A stretch of DNA of 64,000 bases from Pristiophorus japonicus. Its lineage: Eukaryota. Each line of letters opens with the position of its first letter. Within the stretch, counting starts at the first letter, position 1. Positions 22,801 through 33,702 of the stretch are shown piece after piece. The notes under the pieces were generated by a model. That model made no database searches. It was not told the origin of the DNA and was given only the letters and a program-made list of their open reading frames with translations. The position numbers and the translations under genes are program-made. The stretch is taken from NCBI RefSeq assembly GCF_044704955.1, contig NC_091996.1, positions 17,856,001-17,920,000 of the forward strand, given 5' to 3'.

Positions 22801-25800
22801 GAGCAATTGGAAGTGGGAAGTGGGAAGTGGGAAGACTTCACCCCTCCAGCGATCGACGTCCTCTGCGCTCAGAGGCAAAGCAAGCCCTCACCTGAGGATG
22901 GACCCGGCACCGGCGAGCAGTCCAGCACGGCACCCGAGGCACAGACCGCTCAGCATGACTGCGTGGAGATGATCCAGCTGGGACGACCCGAGCGCACCTT
23001 TCAGGCTCCAGCGGCGGGACTTCGGAGGAAGAAAATCGGATCCAGAGGCGACTTCCCAGCTTCGGGGAAGAGGATCACCGCAGTCGACATCATGGAGGGA
23101 GAAAAGATGGCGCCCAAACCACGAGGTGAGATGCTGAAGAAAAGGATGGCCGCAGCCAGACCACGAGGTGCAGCGCTGATGGAGCAACATGTGGTACCAA
23201 ACGGAGAAGCGGATTGGGGTAAAGAAAGCAAGGCTCTCTTAAAGGAGGCCTGCAACCCACTACAATTAAAGGGACAGTTCCACACACTCAAGCAATGTAA
23301 TAGTACCTGTAAGTCAGAGACAAAATGTGTAATTAATAATCTGAACTATGTACATGCAACCAACGAGGAAAAGTCACGCAATTATGTAAAATGTGTAATT
23401 GATTATCTGAATTGTGCACATGCAACCAGCGAGGAAATGTCACGCGATCACGATCAGACCCAGAGTGTCCATCATAAGTAAGGAAAAGTTGTGCGATGCA
23501 GGATTTCAACTGCACGCAGCCAATGCAGCGGGCAGACACCCATCGGGAGCACACAGGTCCAGCGAGCTACCCAATGCTGTAGCCTGCGTCCCGGGGACCA
23601 GAGTCATGCACCATGGAGTGTGGCCACAAGCAGCCAACACACACGAGCTGCAGAGCAAGCGACCTCAGCAGGGCAAAGGCACCGGTGGTGATACCATGCC
23701 CCTGGTCGGCTCCATCTGTCAGGCACCTGATGGCACCAACTGCCACGAGCCTGAAGGAGCAACTGTGCTAAGGCGCAGTCTCCAGATCCCATCGCCACCA
23801 GGGCCATACCCGTAAACAAAGGGTCACCCGCCACAGTTCCCTCAAAGGGGACCGGGACCGGCCAGGATCCCAAACAAAACAACGCCCAGGCCAGCAAGTC
23901 AGCAGTCCCCTGTGCACTGCTAGGCGACAGCTCCTCAGGAAGCAGCAGCGACCCGGGGCGCAAAGAAAGGACAGGGAGGTCACAGGCATCTGTGAACTGG
24001 CCCGACGCTAGTGACCACGGCAAGAGCCCCAGGAGCAGGCAACTCGAGCCAACCGGGTTCCCACTGCCAGCACTGGGCACTGAGCCGCCACAAGATTGCA
24101 TGGACTCAATCCAGCAGCCCTGGAACTAGTTACTGGTCTCACAACGGAACCACAAATGTAACGTTTTCCCTATGTATATGAATGCTATGAGCCTCCAGCA
24201 TAATCTATATGGGGGGGGGGGGCGGAGAATGGAGTGGTCAGGGACACACACAAACAGCAACCACCAGCACCCCTGCACCAACCACTCACCCAAGACTGAA
24301 ACGACCTGCCAAGGGTCAACCAGACAGAACCCACATAGAGCTAAGCCCAGAGCACAGTCAATGCAGAGACGATTTGCACGAAAGGCTCAGGGGAGAGTGA
24401 TGTCATGTATCCTACATGGCTACTGTTGGTACTATCTCAAGGTGTACCACCAGAGGGCACAGCAGTGGGAGACTTGTAGGTTACCTGTACAGGTGTGCCT
24501 GGCCTAGTATAAAAGGCAGGCCACCAGGTGTGATCCTCACTCTGGAGTTAACGAATAAAGGACTAAGGTCACTAGAGTGCAAGTACAACACATTGCCTCG
24601 TGGAGTCATTACTAGAGTATCTAGGGACACAACACTCTGAATACAAACATTCCCAGTCTCTCGCCGTTCAAAAAATATTCTGCTTTTTTGTTTTTCCTAC
24701 AAAAGTGAATAACTTCACACTTCCTCACATTTGTATTCCATTTGCCATGTTCTTGCCCACTCAGTCAACCTGTCTATATCTCTCTGCTGCATCTTTGCAT
24801 CCTCCTCACAGCTTACTTTCCCACCTAACTTTGTATCACCATGAAGAACAATCACACAAAATATGAATTTTGACACAATGTCTATGTTACAAAACGCTCT
24901 GAAGGTGATTTGGGATAGGCAGTATATATAGCTCTGCCAAATATTGCTTGACAACGCTACTAAGAGGCCTGTTGGGATGTTTTTCTATGTCAAAGGCGCT
25001 ATATAAATGCAAATTCTTGTCATAAAAATGTTTTTCAATGTGGTTTTATAATAATGGCAAAAATAGCAGGGAATTAATTGCAATACATTTCATTTTGCTT
25101 AGCAACAAGAGCATTACTAAATTCCAGCTAATTATTTTGCATAAAATTGAGTATCTCTGGAATAGTTTAATAACCATCAAAAGATGCATCAGTTTTGCCA
25201 CTTCCCTGTAGTGATTGGTACATTTTGAGGAGGGAGGGGAGAGTTATATAAAAAGTGGCAAGAAAAAAAACATAGACTGAATATACCTACCCTATATCCA
25301 CTATATAAATGTATCCAAGTTCTTCTAGGCTCTTAATGATATTGCTACACCTCATGCCATTTATCACAGTTTTTGCAAATCATAAACTATAATCTCGAAA
25401 GCTCAGCGAGTAGGTGAGCTAATAGATCAGAAATGCCCCAGACTTGATCCTTGATCTGTGCTTGACTTAGCCTACCTCAAAATGGGGGGGGAGGCAACAA
25501 GAGAGGCACAATCATTAGTCTCAGCACCCCCAAGATAGTGATAGGAAAATTGGCTAGGGTGTTGGGTCACTGGGTGGACACAGGATCGGGGCTTGTCTGT
25601 GGGGTCTCCCACAGACTGCCAGCACTCTCAGTTAAGCTTCATGCACAAGCAATGGCCACTTGGACAAGCTACGACAGGACATCTGGTGATCATTAAACCA
25701 TACACCAGAAAAGAGACAATGTCTTCAGAAAATTATGAGAGCAAACTGGTGAGAAATTCATTATTCTTCAGGAAAAAATGGCCATTGTCTTCGTGCCCCC

Positions 25801-25859
25801 CGCCCCCACATGAACTGTTCCCTCGCCACTGATTCCGCCCCCTGGCCCTAAACTCCTTT

Positions 25860-26430
25860 TACACTAGTTAGGCCACAGCTAGAATACTGCGTGCAGTTCT
25901 GGTCACCACATTACAGGAAAGATGAGATTGCACTAGAGAGGATACGGAGCAGATTTACGAGGATGTTGCCTGGACTGGAACATTTTAGCTATGAGGAAAG
26001 ATTGGATAGGTTGGGGTTGTTTTCTTTGGAACAGAGAAGGCTGAGGGGAGACCTTATTGAGGTGTATAAAATTATGAGGGACCTAGATAGAGTGAACAGG
26101 AAGGATTTATTTCTCTTAGCGGGGGGGTCAACAACCAGGGGGCATCGATTTAAAGTAATTGGTAGGAGGTTTAGAGGGGATTTGAGGGGAAATGTTTTCA
26201 CCCAGTGGGTGAGTGGGTGGTGGGGGTCTGGAAAACTCTGCCTGAAAGGGTGGTAGAGGCAGAAACCCTCACCACATTTAAAAAGTACTTGCATGTGCAC
26301 TTGAAGAGCCGTAACCTACAGGGCTACGGTCCAAGAGCTGGAAAGTGGGATTAGGCTGGATAACTCTTTGTCGGCCGGCATGGACACAATGGGCCGAATG
26401 GCCTCCTTCCATGTTATAAATTTCTATGAT
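25860..26430 (+). mobile_element. CR1 LINE 3' fragment
   Basis: ORF 25891..26256 contains [10 protein letters not shown]...[16 protein letters not shown], followed by the 3' UTR. Confidence 0.9.
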
Positions 26431-27090
26431 ACTGTCTCTGGTTGTTTGCAACTTAAGTGTTCTATTTTACTCCGAGTTGAGCTTCCAACCTCATATCGTC
26501 TCCATCACAAAGACCGCTTACTTACATCTCCGTAACATCGCTCATCTCTGCGCTGGCTCAGCCCATCTTTTGCTAAAAGCCTCATCCATGCTGTCGTCAC
26601 CTCCAGAGTTGACTGTCCAATGTTTTCCTGGCCGGCCTCCCATCCTCAATCCTGCATAAGCTTCAGCTCATCCAACACTCTGCTGCTTATATCCTACCCT
26701 GCACCAAGTCCCGCTTACCCATCTCCTCTGTGCTCGATGACCTACATTGGCTCCCAGTCTCCCAACGCCTCCAATGTAAAATACTCATCCTCGTGTTCAA
26801 ATCCCTTTATGGCTTTGTCCCCTGTCTCTGTAACCTCCTCCAACTCTACAACCCTTGTGAATCCCCCACTTCCTTCACCCATCATTGGTAGCTGTGCCTT
26901 CAGCTATCTAGGACCTAAGTTCTGGAATTCCCTCCCTAAACCTCCCAGACCCTCCCCTACCTATCAAGCTTTTAACCACCCCTCTTAATATTTCCTTTGG
27001 TTTGATTTATATTTTGGTGTAATTACGCTTCTGCGAAGAGCCTTAGGATATTTTTCTACATCAAAGGCGCTATATAAATAGAAGTTGTTG
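26430..27090 (+). mobile_element. L2 LINE 3' fragment
   Basis: HIVSITKTAYLHLRNI and AFSYLGPKFWNSLP motifs; ends aaggcgctatataaatagaagttgttg. Tail-to-tail with the next L2. Confidence 0.85.
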
Positions 27091-27104
27091 CTTTTGTCTC
27101 TACA

Positions 27105-29685
27105 ACGACAACAACTTGTATTTATATAGTGCCTTTAACGTAGTGAAATGTCCCAAGGTGCTTCACAGGAGTATTATGAGATAAAACAATTTGACATTGA
27201 GCCGCATAAGTAGGAATAAGCGCAGGTGACCAAAAACTTGGTCAAAGAGGTATGTTTTAAGGAGCATCTTAAAGGAGGAATGAGAGGTCGAGAGGCGGAG
27301 AAGTTTAGGCAGGGAGTTCCAGAGCTTGGGGCCTGGGCAACAGGTGGCACGGCCACCAATGGTTGAGCGATTATAATTAGGGATACTCAGGAGGGCAGAA
27401 ATAAAGGAATGCAGACATCTCGGGGAGTTGTGGGGCTGTAGATTACAGAGATAGGGAGGGGCGAGGTCATGGAGGGACTTGAAAATAAGGAAGAGAATTT
27501 TGAAATCAATGCATTGCTTAACCGGAAGCCAATGTAGGTCAGCTTTGCACAGGGGTGATGGGTGAGCGGGACTTGGTGCACATTAGGACACAGGCAGCTG
27601 AGTTTTGGATCACCTCTAGTTTACGTAGGGTAGAATGTGGGAGGCCAGCCAGGAGTGCTTTGGAATAGTCAAGTCTAGAAGTAGCAAAGGCATTGATGAG
27701 GGTTTCAGCAGTGGATGAGCTGAGGCAGGGGCAGAGACGGGCGATGTTACGGAGGTGGAAATAGCTGGTCTTAGTTATGTTGCGTGTGGTCAAAAGCTTA
27801 TTTCAGGGTCAAATGTGACACCAAGGTTGCGAACTGTCTGGTTCAGCCGCAGATAGAAGTTGGGGAGAGGGATGGAGTCAGTGGCTAGGGAACGCAGTTT
27901 GTGGCGGGGACTGAAAACAATGGCTTCGGTCTTCCTAATATTCAATTGGAGAAAATTTCTGCTCATCCAGAACTGTATGTCGGACAAGCAGTCTGACAAT
28001 TTAGAGACTGTGAAGGGGTCGAGATAAGTGGTAGTGAGGTAGAGCTAGGTATCATCAGCGTATATGTGGAAACTGATGCTGTGTTTCTGGATGATGTCGC
28101 CAAGGGGCAGCATGTAGATGAGAAATAGGAGGGACCAAGAATAGATCCTTGAGGGACACCAGAGGTAATGATGGAGGGGCAGGAAGAAAAACCATTGCAG
28201 GTGATTCTCTGGCTATGGTTAGATAGGTAAGAATGGAACCAGGCAAATGCAGTCCCACCCAGCTGGATGCCAGTGGAGACACCTTGGAAAAGGGTAGAGT
28301 GGTCAACTGTGTCAAAGGCTGCAGACAAGTCAAGAGGTCGAAGAGGGATAGTTTGCCTTTGTCACAGTCGCAAAGGATGTCATTTGTGGCTTTGATGAGA
28401 GTCTTTTCGGTACTGTGGCAGGCGTGGAAACCGGATTGGAGGGATTCAAACACGGAATTGTGGGAAAGATGGGCACAGATTTGGGAGTCGGCAACACGTT
28501 CAAGGACTTTGGAGAGGAAAGGTTGGTTGGAGATGGGGTGGTAGTTTGCAAGGACGGAGGGGTCAAGGGTTGTTTTTTTGAGAGGGGTGATGCCAACAGA
28601 TTTGAGGGAGGGGGACAGTACCCGAGGAGAGAGAACCGTTAACAATGTCGGCGAACATGGGAGCCAGAAAAGTTGGGTGGTCAGCATTTTGGTGGGAATA
28701 GGGTCAAGGGAGCAGGAAGTGGGTCTCATGGACAGGATGAGCTCGGAAAGGTCATGAGGGGAGATTGGTGAAAAGCTGGAGAAAGATGTGAGGTCAGGGC
28801 TAGGGCAGGGGGATCCTTAGAGGAAGTTTGTCCCGGTGAGCTAGGGGAAGGAAGGGAAGAGGCAGAGGAGGCCGAATGGATGGTCTCAATCTTAGAGACA
28901 AAGACGTCCATGCGCTCCTCACACATTGTCGGAGGTGAGGGTAGAGACTGGGGAGAGAGGTTTAAAAAGGCGGTTTGCAGTGGAGAATAGAAGCCGGGGT
29001 TTATCTTTACATTCCAGAATGATTCTAGAATAATGCCCGATTTTGGCAGACGGGAGCAGGACCCGATTGTGCTTTATGTGGTCCAGCCAGATCTGGCGGT
29101 GAATGGCTAAACCATTGTCTGCCATATCTGTTCAAGTCTGTGTCCCTTGGACTTAAGGGAGCGAAGATCAGGGTTATACCAGGGAGAATGGCCAGGGTGA
29201 GAGAGAATAATTGTTTTAACAGGGACTAGGGCATCAAAGGTGGTGGTGAGGGTGTGATTAAGCATATCGGTAGCTGCAGAAATGTCATGGTGAATGGAGG
29301 GTCAAAGACTGGACAGTTGGGAGTTCATGTGCAGTTGTAAGAGAGTCAGGAGAAAGTTTTTTCTGGTGTGGACACAAAAGGAGGTAAGGGACGGGGGCGT
29401 GGAAAGGGGATGTGGGTGGAGAGCGATACGAGAAAGTGCTCAGAGATGGCCTTATCTGTGATTGACACGATGGAAGTAGCAAGGACACGAGAGATGGAAG
29501 GGGGTGGCCGTGAATATGGGTTGGTGAGTTTACATGGAGGGAGAGATTAAGGGAGCGATTAAGGGAGCATAGGAGGCTAGTGAACTCAGAGGAGAGCGTG
29601 ATGAATTTAGATGGAGGCTGAAATCACCGAGGATGAAAAGTCATTCGGTGCAGAGGCAGAGGGGGAAAACTAGTTAAGAAATATC
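27105..29685 (-). mobile_element. L2 LINE, long decayed ORF2 (end of endonuclease, RT, 3' UTR)
   Basis: TSCSLDPIPTKML, QSGF...[33 protein letters not shown] and YFHLRNIARL motifs across ORFs 27174-29488. Confidence 0.92.
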
Positions 29686-29687
29686 AG

Positions 29688-30208
29688 TAACTTATGAAAA
29701 TAGGTTGAGTAGATTGGGCCTATACTCATTGGAATTCAGAAGAATGAGAGGTGATCTTATCGAAACATATAAGTTTATGATCATACTGAATGGTGGTGCA
29801 GGCTCAAAGGGCCGAATGGCTTACTCCTGCACCTATTTTCTATGTTTCTAATGAAGGGGCTCGACAAGATGGATGCAGAGAGAATATTTCCACTGATAGG
29901 GTAAACTAAAACTAGGGGGGGGCATAGACTCAGAATAAGGGGCTGCCCATTTAAAACTGAGATGAGGAGGAATTTCTTCTCTCAGAGGGTTGTAAATCTG
30001 TGAAATTCTCTGCCGTGGAGAGCTGTGGAGGCTGGGCATTGAATATATTTAAGGCGGAGATAGACAAGATTTTTGAGAGATAAGAAAGTAAAGGGTTAGT
30101 TATGGGGAGCAGGCAGGGAAGTGGAGCGGAGTCCATGATCAGATCAGCCATTGAACGGAGGAGCAGGCTCGAGGGGACAAATGGCCTACTCCTGCTCCTA
30201 TTTCTTAT
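29688..30208 (+). mobile_element. CR1 3' fragment containing a nested 70-bp CR1 tail (29781-29850)
   Basis: RLGLYSLEFRRMRGDLIETYK...KGLDKMDAERIFPL, interrupted by a second CR1 3' UTR tail flanked by ATGA. Confidence 0.85.
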
Positions 30209-30397
30209 GACACCGGAGCCACCGGCCGTTAGCTAAACGGTGAAGACAGCACAGCAACTGGGGTCTGGCATCGAGAACATTCCTGACCAACGGTCGACTG
30301 GCTCCTTCAGCCGCTGAGTGTTCCCAGCATTTGGCGTGCATAGTTTTTTTTTTCCTTTATTGCTCACTTACTGGCATGGTAGTTCTTTCTCACTTAC

Positions 30398-30480
30398 TCG
30401 CACTGTAGAAATCAGTGGCTGGCTCGGCCGCTGCTGTTGTTGTCTCCAGGCTGGCCTGGGCGGGGAGCCGCAGTGTGACG
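30398..30480 (-). other. KYAT1: Candidate KYAT1 first (5'-UTR) exon; 5' end approximate; alternative donor extends the exon to 30372
   Basis: Two consensus minus-strand donors gtaagtgag (+ strand ctcacttac ending at 30397 and 30371) at the left edge of the CpG island, facing the KYAT1 coding exons. Confidence 0.6.
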
Positions 30481-30799
30481 CGGTTATCAGGGCGGGCCTC
30501 CTCCGGTGGGACACACGCGCGCGGGGGCGGATCCTTCCCCCCCCACCCTGCGTGCCCCGCCGGACCCTGACCGGAGGTGCACACGCTCACCCTCCGCAAA
30601 ATGGCGTCGGTCTGCCGCGTCCCTCAACCTTAAGGTATTTTATGTGCTTCATTTTTTTAAAAAAAAACAAAACAAACATGACTTTCGGTGCAAGTTATTT
30701 CTTTCTTTGTCCCAAGTATTGGCGCAAAATGAGCACGTTGAATTTCCGAGCCGGGGAGACGTCGCGCCTCTTCCGGCCGGCGTGTGGCGCCACTTCCGG

Positions 30800-30964
30800 C
30801 GGGGCTGTGTGTGTGGGAACGTGTTTATTCGGGGGGGGGGGAATAATCCCCCCCCCCCCCCCCCCACCTCAAAAAAAAACCACCGGGAAAAGAGCGGATC
30901 GAGTAATAGAAGCCCCGCACCGGCCCCGGGAGGGAGAGCGGGGCCCGCTGCCAGGGCCTGGGAG
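30800..30964 (+). other. Candidate non-coding first exon of a divergently transcribed gene (possibly LRRC8A by synteny); start approximate
   Basis: Donor GAG|gtgagc at 30965 on the right edge of the CpG island, downstream of the ETS/YY1 motifs. Gene identity is inferred only from the head-to-head KYAT1-LRRC8A arrangement known in human. Confidence 0.5.
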
Positions 30965-31059
30965 GTGAGCGCTGGCTGCGCGGCGCTTGTCTTTCACTCA
31001 ATGAACTGCTTCAGGACCTGACCGGCACCAACTTGGCGTTTACACCTCGCTGATTGTCT

Positions 31060-31600
31060 GGGCTCTGTGGGAATGGCTGGCAGCCCGGGCTCTGGGACTA
31101 GCCGGCAGTCTGAGCTCTGGGAATGGTTGGTAGCCCTGGGCTCTGTGGGAATGGTTGGTAGCCCTGGGCTCTGTGGGAATGGCTGGCAGCCCTGGGCTCT
31201 GTGGGAATGGCTGGGCTCTGTGGGAATGGCTGGCAGCCCAGGCTCTGGGACTAGCCGGTAGTCTCTCTGGGAATGGCTGGCACTCTGGGCTCTGGTGGGA
31301 ATAGTTGGCAGCCTGGGTTTTGGGAATTGATGGGCTCTGGGAATGTTTGGCAGCCTGTGGCTCTGGGAATAGCTAAGAATCTAGGCTCTGGAGGTTATTG
31401 CTGGCAGCCTGGGCTCTGGAGGTTATGGCTGGCAACCTGGAATCTGGAGGTTATGGCTGGCAGCCTGGGCTCTGGAGGTTATGGCTGGCAACCTGGGCTC
31501 CGGTAGGATTGGAAGGGCAGGCAGGCTGGGCTCCGGTGGGAATGGCTGACAGCCGGGTGTGGCGGTGGGTTGGCAGGGCTCACAACTGGGGCTCTGGTGG
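31060..31600. repeat. Degenerate ~28-bp minisatellite
   Basis: Units GGGCTCTGTGGGAATGGCTGGCAGCCCT drifting to GGGCTCTGGAGGTTATGGCTGGCAACCT. Confidence 0.85.
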
Positions 31601-31865
31601 CAGCGAACTTTTGGCTGAGTCATTGGTAGCCAACAGCTGGGACTTCTGTGCCTGTTTAACTAACAACCAAGGTGTTGGTATCCATGGGTTGGTAGCTGGG
31701 GAATCCGTATTTGTTATCTGGTGACCAGGGCATTGGAGGCTGTGGACTGGATTTGGGGTATTGATTGTAGTTGGCAGGTTCTGCATCATTGATGACTCAG
31801 GGCTGACATAGGGTTGTGGCAATTAGAGGCTGGTGTGTGGAGATCAGTGGTTGTAAGGTGACGTC

Positions 31866-32406
31866 CCACACTCCTGATCTTTGGGCACCCTGTGCAGAGG
31901 GGAGCGGGTAGGTCCGAGGGCCTCCTCATAGGACTGCTCCTGGGCACGGCCAAGGGTGCCATCAGCCGGTCCAGGCAGCGGGCGGTCGAGGGGGTCGTTC
32001 AGCCCGACTGCCTGCCTCTCATCCGCGCCAGGGTGTCCCTGGAAATGGAGCACGTGGTGCCCGCGTTGATTGTAGTTGGCAGGTTCTGCATCATTCTGCA
32101 TCGCGGCCTTCCGCGAGAGGTGGGCGCCGGAGGGACAGGAGTGCATCGTTACCCCCAGCAACCAAATTTTAATTTGATTTTATATGTTTTAAAGTTTAAT
32201 TTGTTTTAATTGCCGGATTTTTAGTGTCCCCCTCCCCTTTTATAGGGGGCACTTGTAAAATATATGGTTTTAATGTCCCCCCAAAAAATCACAAAAAACA
32301 AAAAACATTTTTAAAAAGGGGGCAGTTAAGTGTCTGGAGTGTCCCCCAGATCGGGGGGCACTTGATGTAATGTTTATTTTATTCTCCCCCCCCCCCCCCC
32401 CAAAGA
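31866..32406 (+). mobile_element. L1/Tx1-clade LINE 3' fragment
   Basis: TLLIFGHPV...LLIGLLLGTAKGAISRSR...RARVSLEMEH resembles a Tx1 ORF2 C-terminus. 16-bp TSD GTTGTAAGRTGACRTC (31850-31865, 32407-32422; 2 mismatches). Confidence 0.75.
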
Positions 32407-33702
32407 GTTGTAAGATGACATCGAGTCTGCCATGGTTGGGGCATCTGAAATGGGACATCTAGTAGTCGGTTATTCACTAGGTTTTTACAAGCGGATAGTT
32501 ATTGTACTTTCATTCTTTTAGTCAAATTATCATGAATCCGGAAATTTACCGTTGATCAGATTCAATAATGTGCGAAATTTGGAAACTTTAGAGTCTGGCA
32601 ACAGAAAGACACTAATGCAGTGGCTCAGTAGCTATTTGTACTATCTGATGTGGTGATCCCTAGTTTGTAGTGAGTTACTTAGTCGCAGTGGGGTAGCCGT
32701 GCACGTGATACTTTGTAATATCTTGGACTAGGGAGTAGAACATGGCCAGGTATCTTGCTGCTCATTGCTGTCCAGCAATCCCTGTTGCATGTGCTCGCAT
32801 CTATGGGCATGTGGTGAGTACAAGATCAAACTTAAACTGTAATTGCTCCATTGATCGATTTAATCTTCAAGTTAATTCCAAGTCAGTCTGTCATTCAGTG
32901 ATTGGTTGCGACCATTGCTATTCTCCACCAGCACACTTTATTTCTTCAGCTGGAATGTGGATGGGTTTTAACAATGCCACAGGCAAGAAGGTATTTAGAA
33001 AGGCTGGACTGTTCATCTCCATATTGGCAGGTTTCATCAAGAAGCTGCTCAGCTGAGAATTGTTGAGCCGGGGAGTCGGTATCCATAGTCTGGTGGATGG
33101 GGCATTCGTGACTATGGACTGGCTGTGGGCTGTTGGTTATAGTTGGCTGGCTCAGGGTCATTGACTATTGGTGGGGTTGTGAATGCAGGCAAATTCAATC
33201 ATCTGGAAGCTGACTTCAAACTTGGGAGTCCTCATGTTGTAACTTGAATTACGAGGTCATTTTTGAAGGTTTCTTATTTTTTGTCAAAATGTCAACATAA
33301 TATCAAAAATTAAGTGGTAATTTTTCACACTTTTGTATTTTTATTTAAAGGAATTAAAAGTCCTTTGCAACTAAATACAGAAACTGAAATGGGTAAGTTT
33401 GTTTTCATGCTCTTGTACCCTTGCACCCTAATCTTGCAGTAGTAATAATAACCTTGCTGTGTCTCCCACCTGCCATTAGTCCGTGTGGCCACTGAAACCA
33501 CTCGGCTTACCGTGTTCTGCTTCGAAACGCTGATGAGTTTTTCTTGCTCTGGTGGACTCTTGTATAATTTTTGCTGCATATTTAAATTATAATGTGCTCT
33601 TTATTGGCGAAAAAGATCTACAAATGGAGGTGGGGGCAAAGGTGTCGTGTAATGTTGCAAATTTAGTAAAATAAAATGGTGATGTGAAATTTTCCTGCTA
33701 CA

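Larger units (their letters stand above)
20691..24634 (+). mobile_element. Gypsy/Ty3 (Mag-like) LTR retrotransposon, non-autonomous (gag-protease only)
   Basis: 234-bp LTRs at 20691-20924 and 24401-24634 (TG...CA; 13 substitutions by my count, no indels). PBS TGGCGACGAG at 20927-20936, complementary to the tRNA-Ser(GCU) 3' end. PPT AGGGGAGAG before the 3' LTR. Degenerate 5-bp TSD (CTTTT/CTCTG). Confidence 0.92.
20065..24840 (-). mobile_element. CR1 LINE 3' fragment split by the LTR element (pieces 20065-20690 and 24635-24840)
   Basis: ORFs 24715..24954 (DTKLGGKVSCEED) and 20065..20646 (RPHMEYCVQFWSP) are consecutive ORF2 segments on either side of the LTR element. Confidence 0.88.
30200..31060. 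promoter_or_regulatory. CpG island / probable bidirectional promoter
   Basis: CpG-dense non-repeat sequence with GC boxes (GGGCGGGG ~30458), a YY1-type CAAAATGGCG at 30597-30606 and ETS-type CTTCCGG at ~30770 and ~30793. Outward-facing splice donors occur on both strands. Confidence 0.8.

Noticed and set aside
25400-25760. Possible old SINE (similar pieces near 4400-4640 and 45100-45440)
   Set aside because: Too degenerate to assign boundaries or family by eye.
30318-31021. 216-aa and 171-aa ORFs over the CpG island
   Set aside because: No recognisable domain, they cross homopolymer runs, and stop-poor frames are expected in GC-rich promoters.
32950-32990. Small plus-strand exon candidate (ttcttcag|...AAG|gtattt)
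   Set aside because: Weak donor and no other support; indistinguishable from chance.
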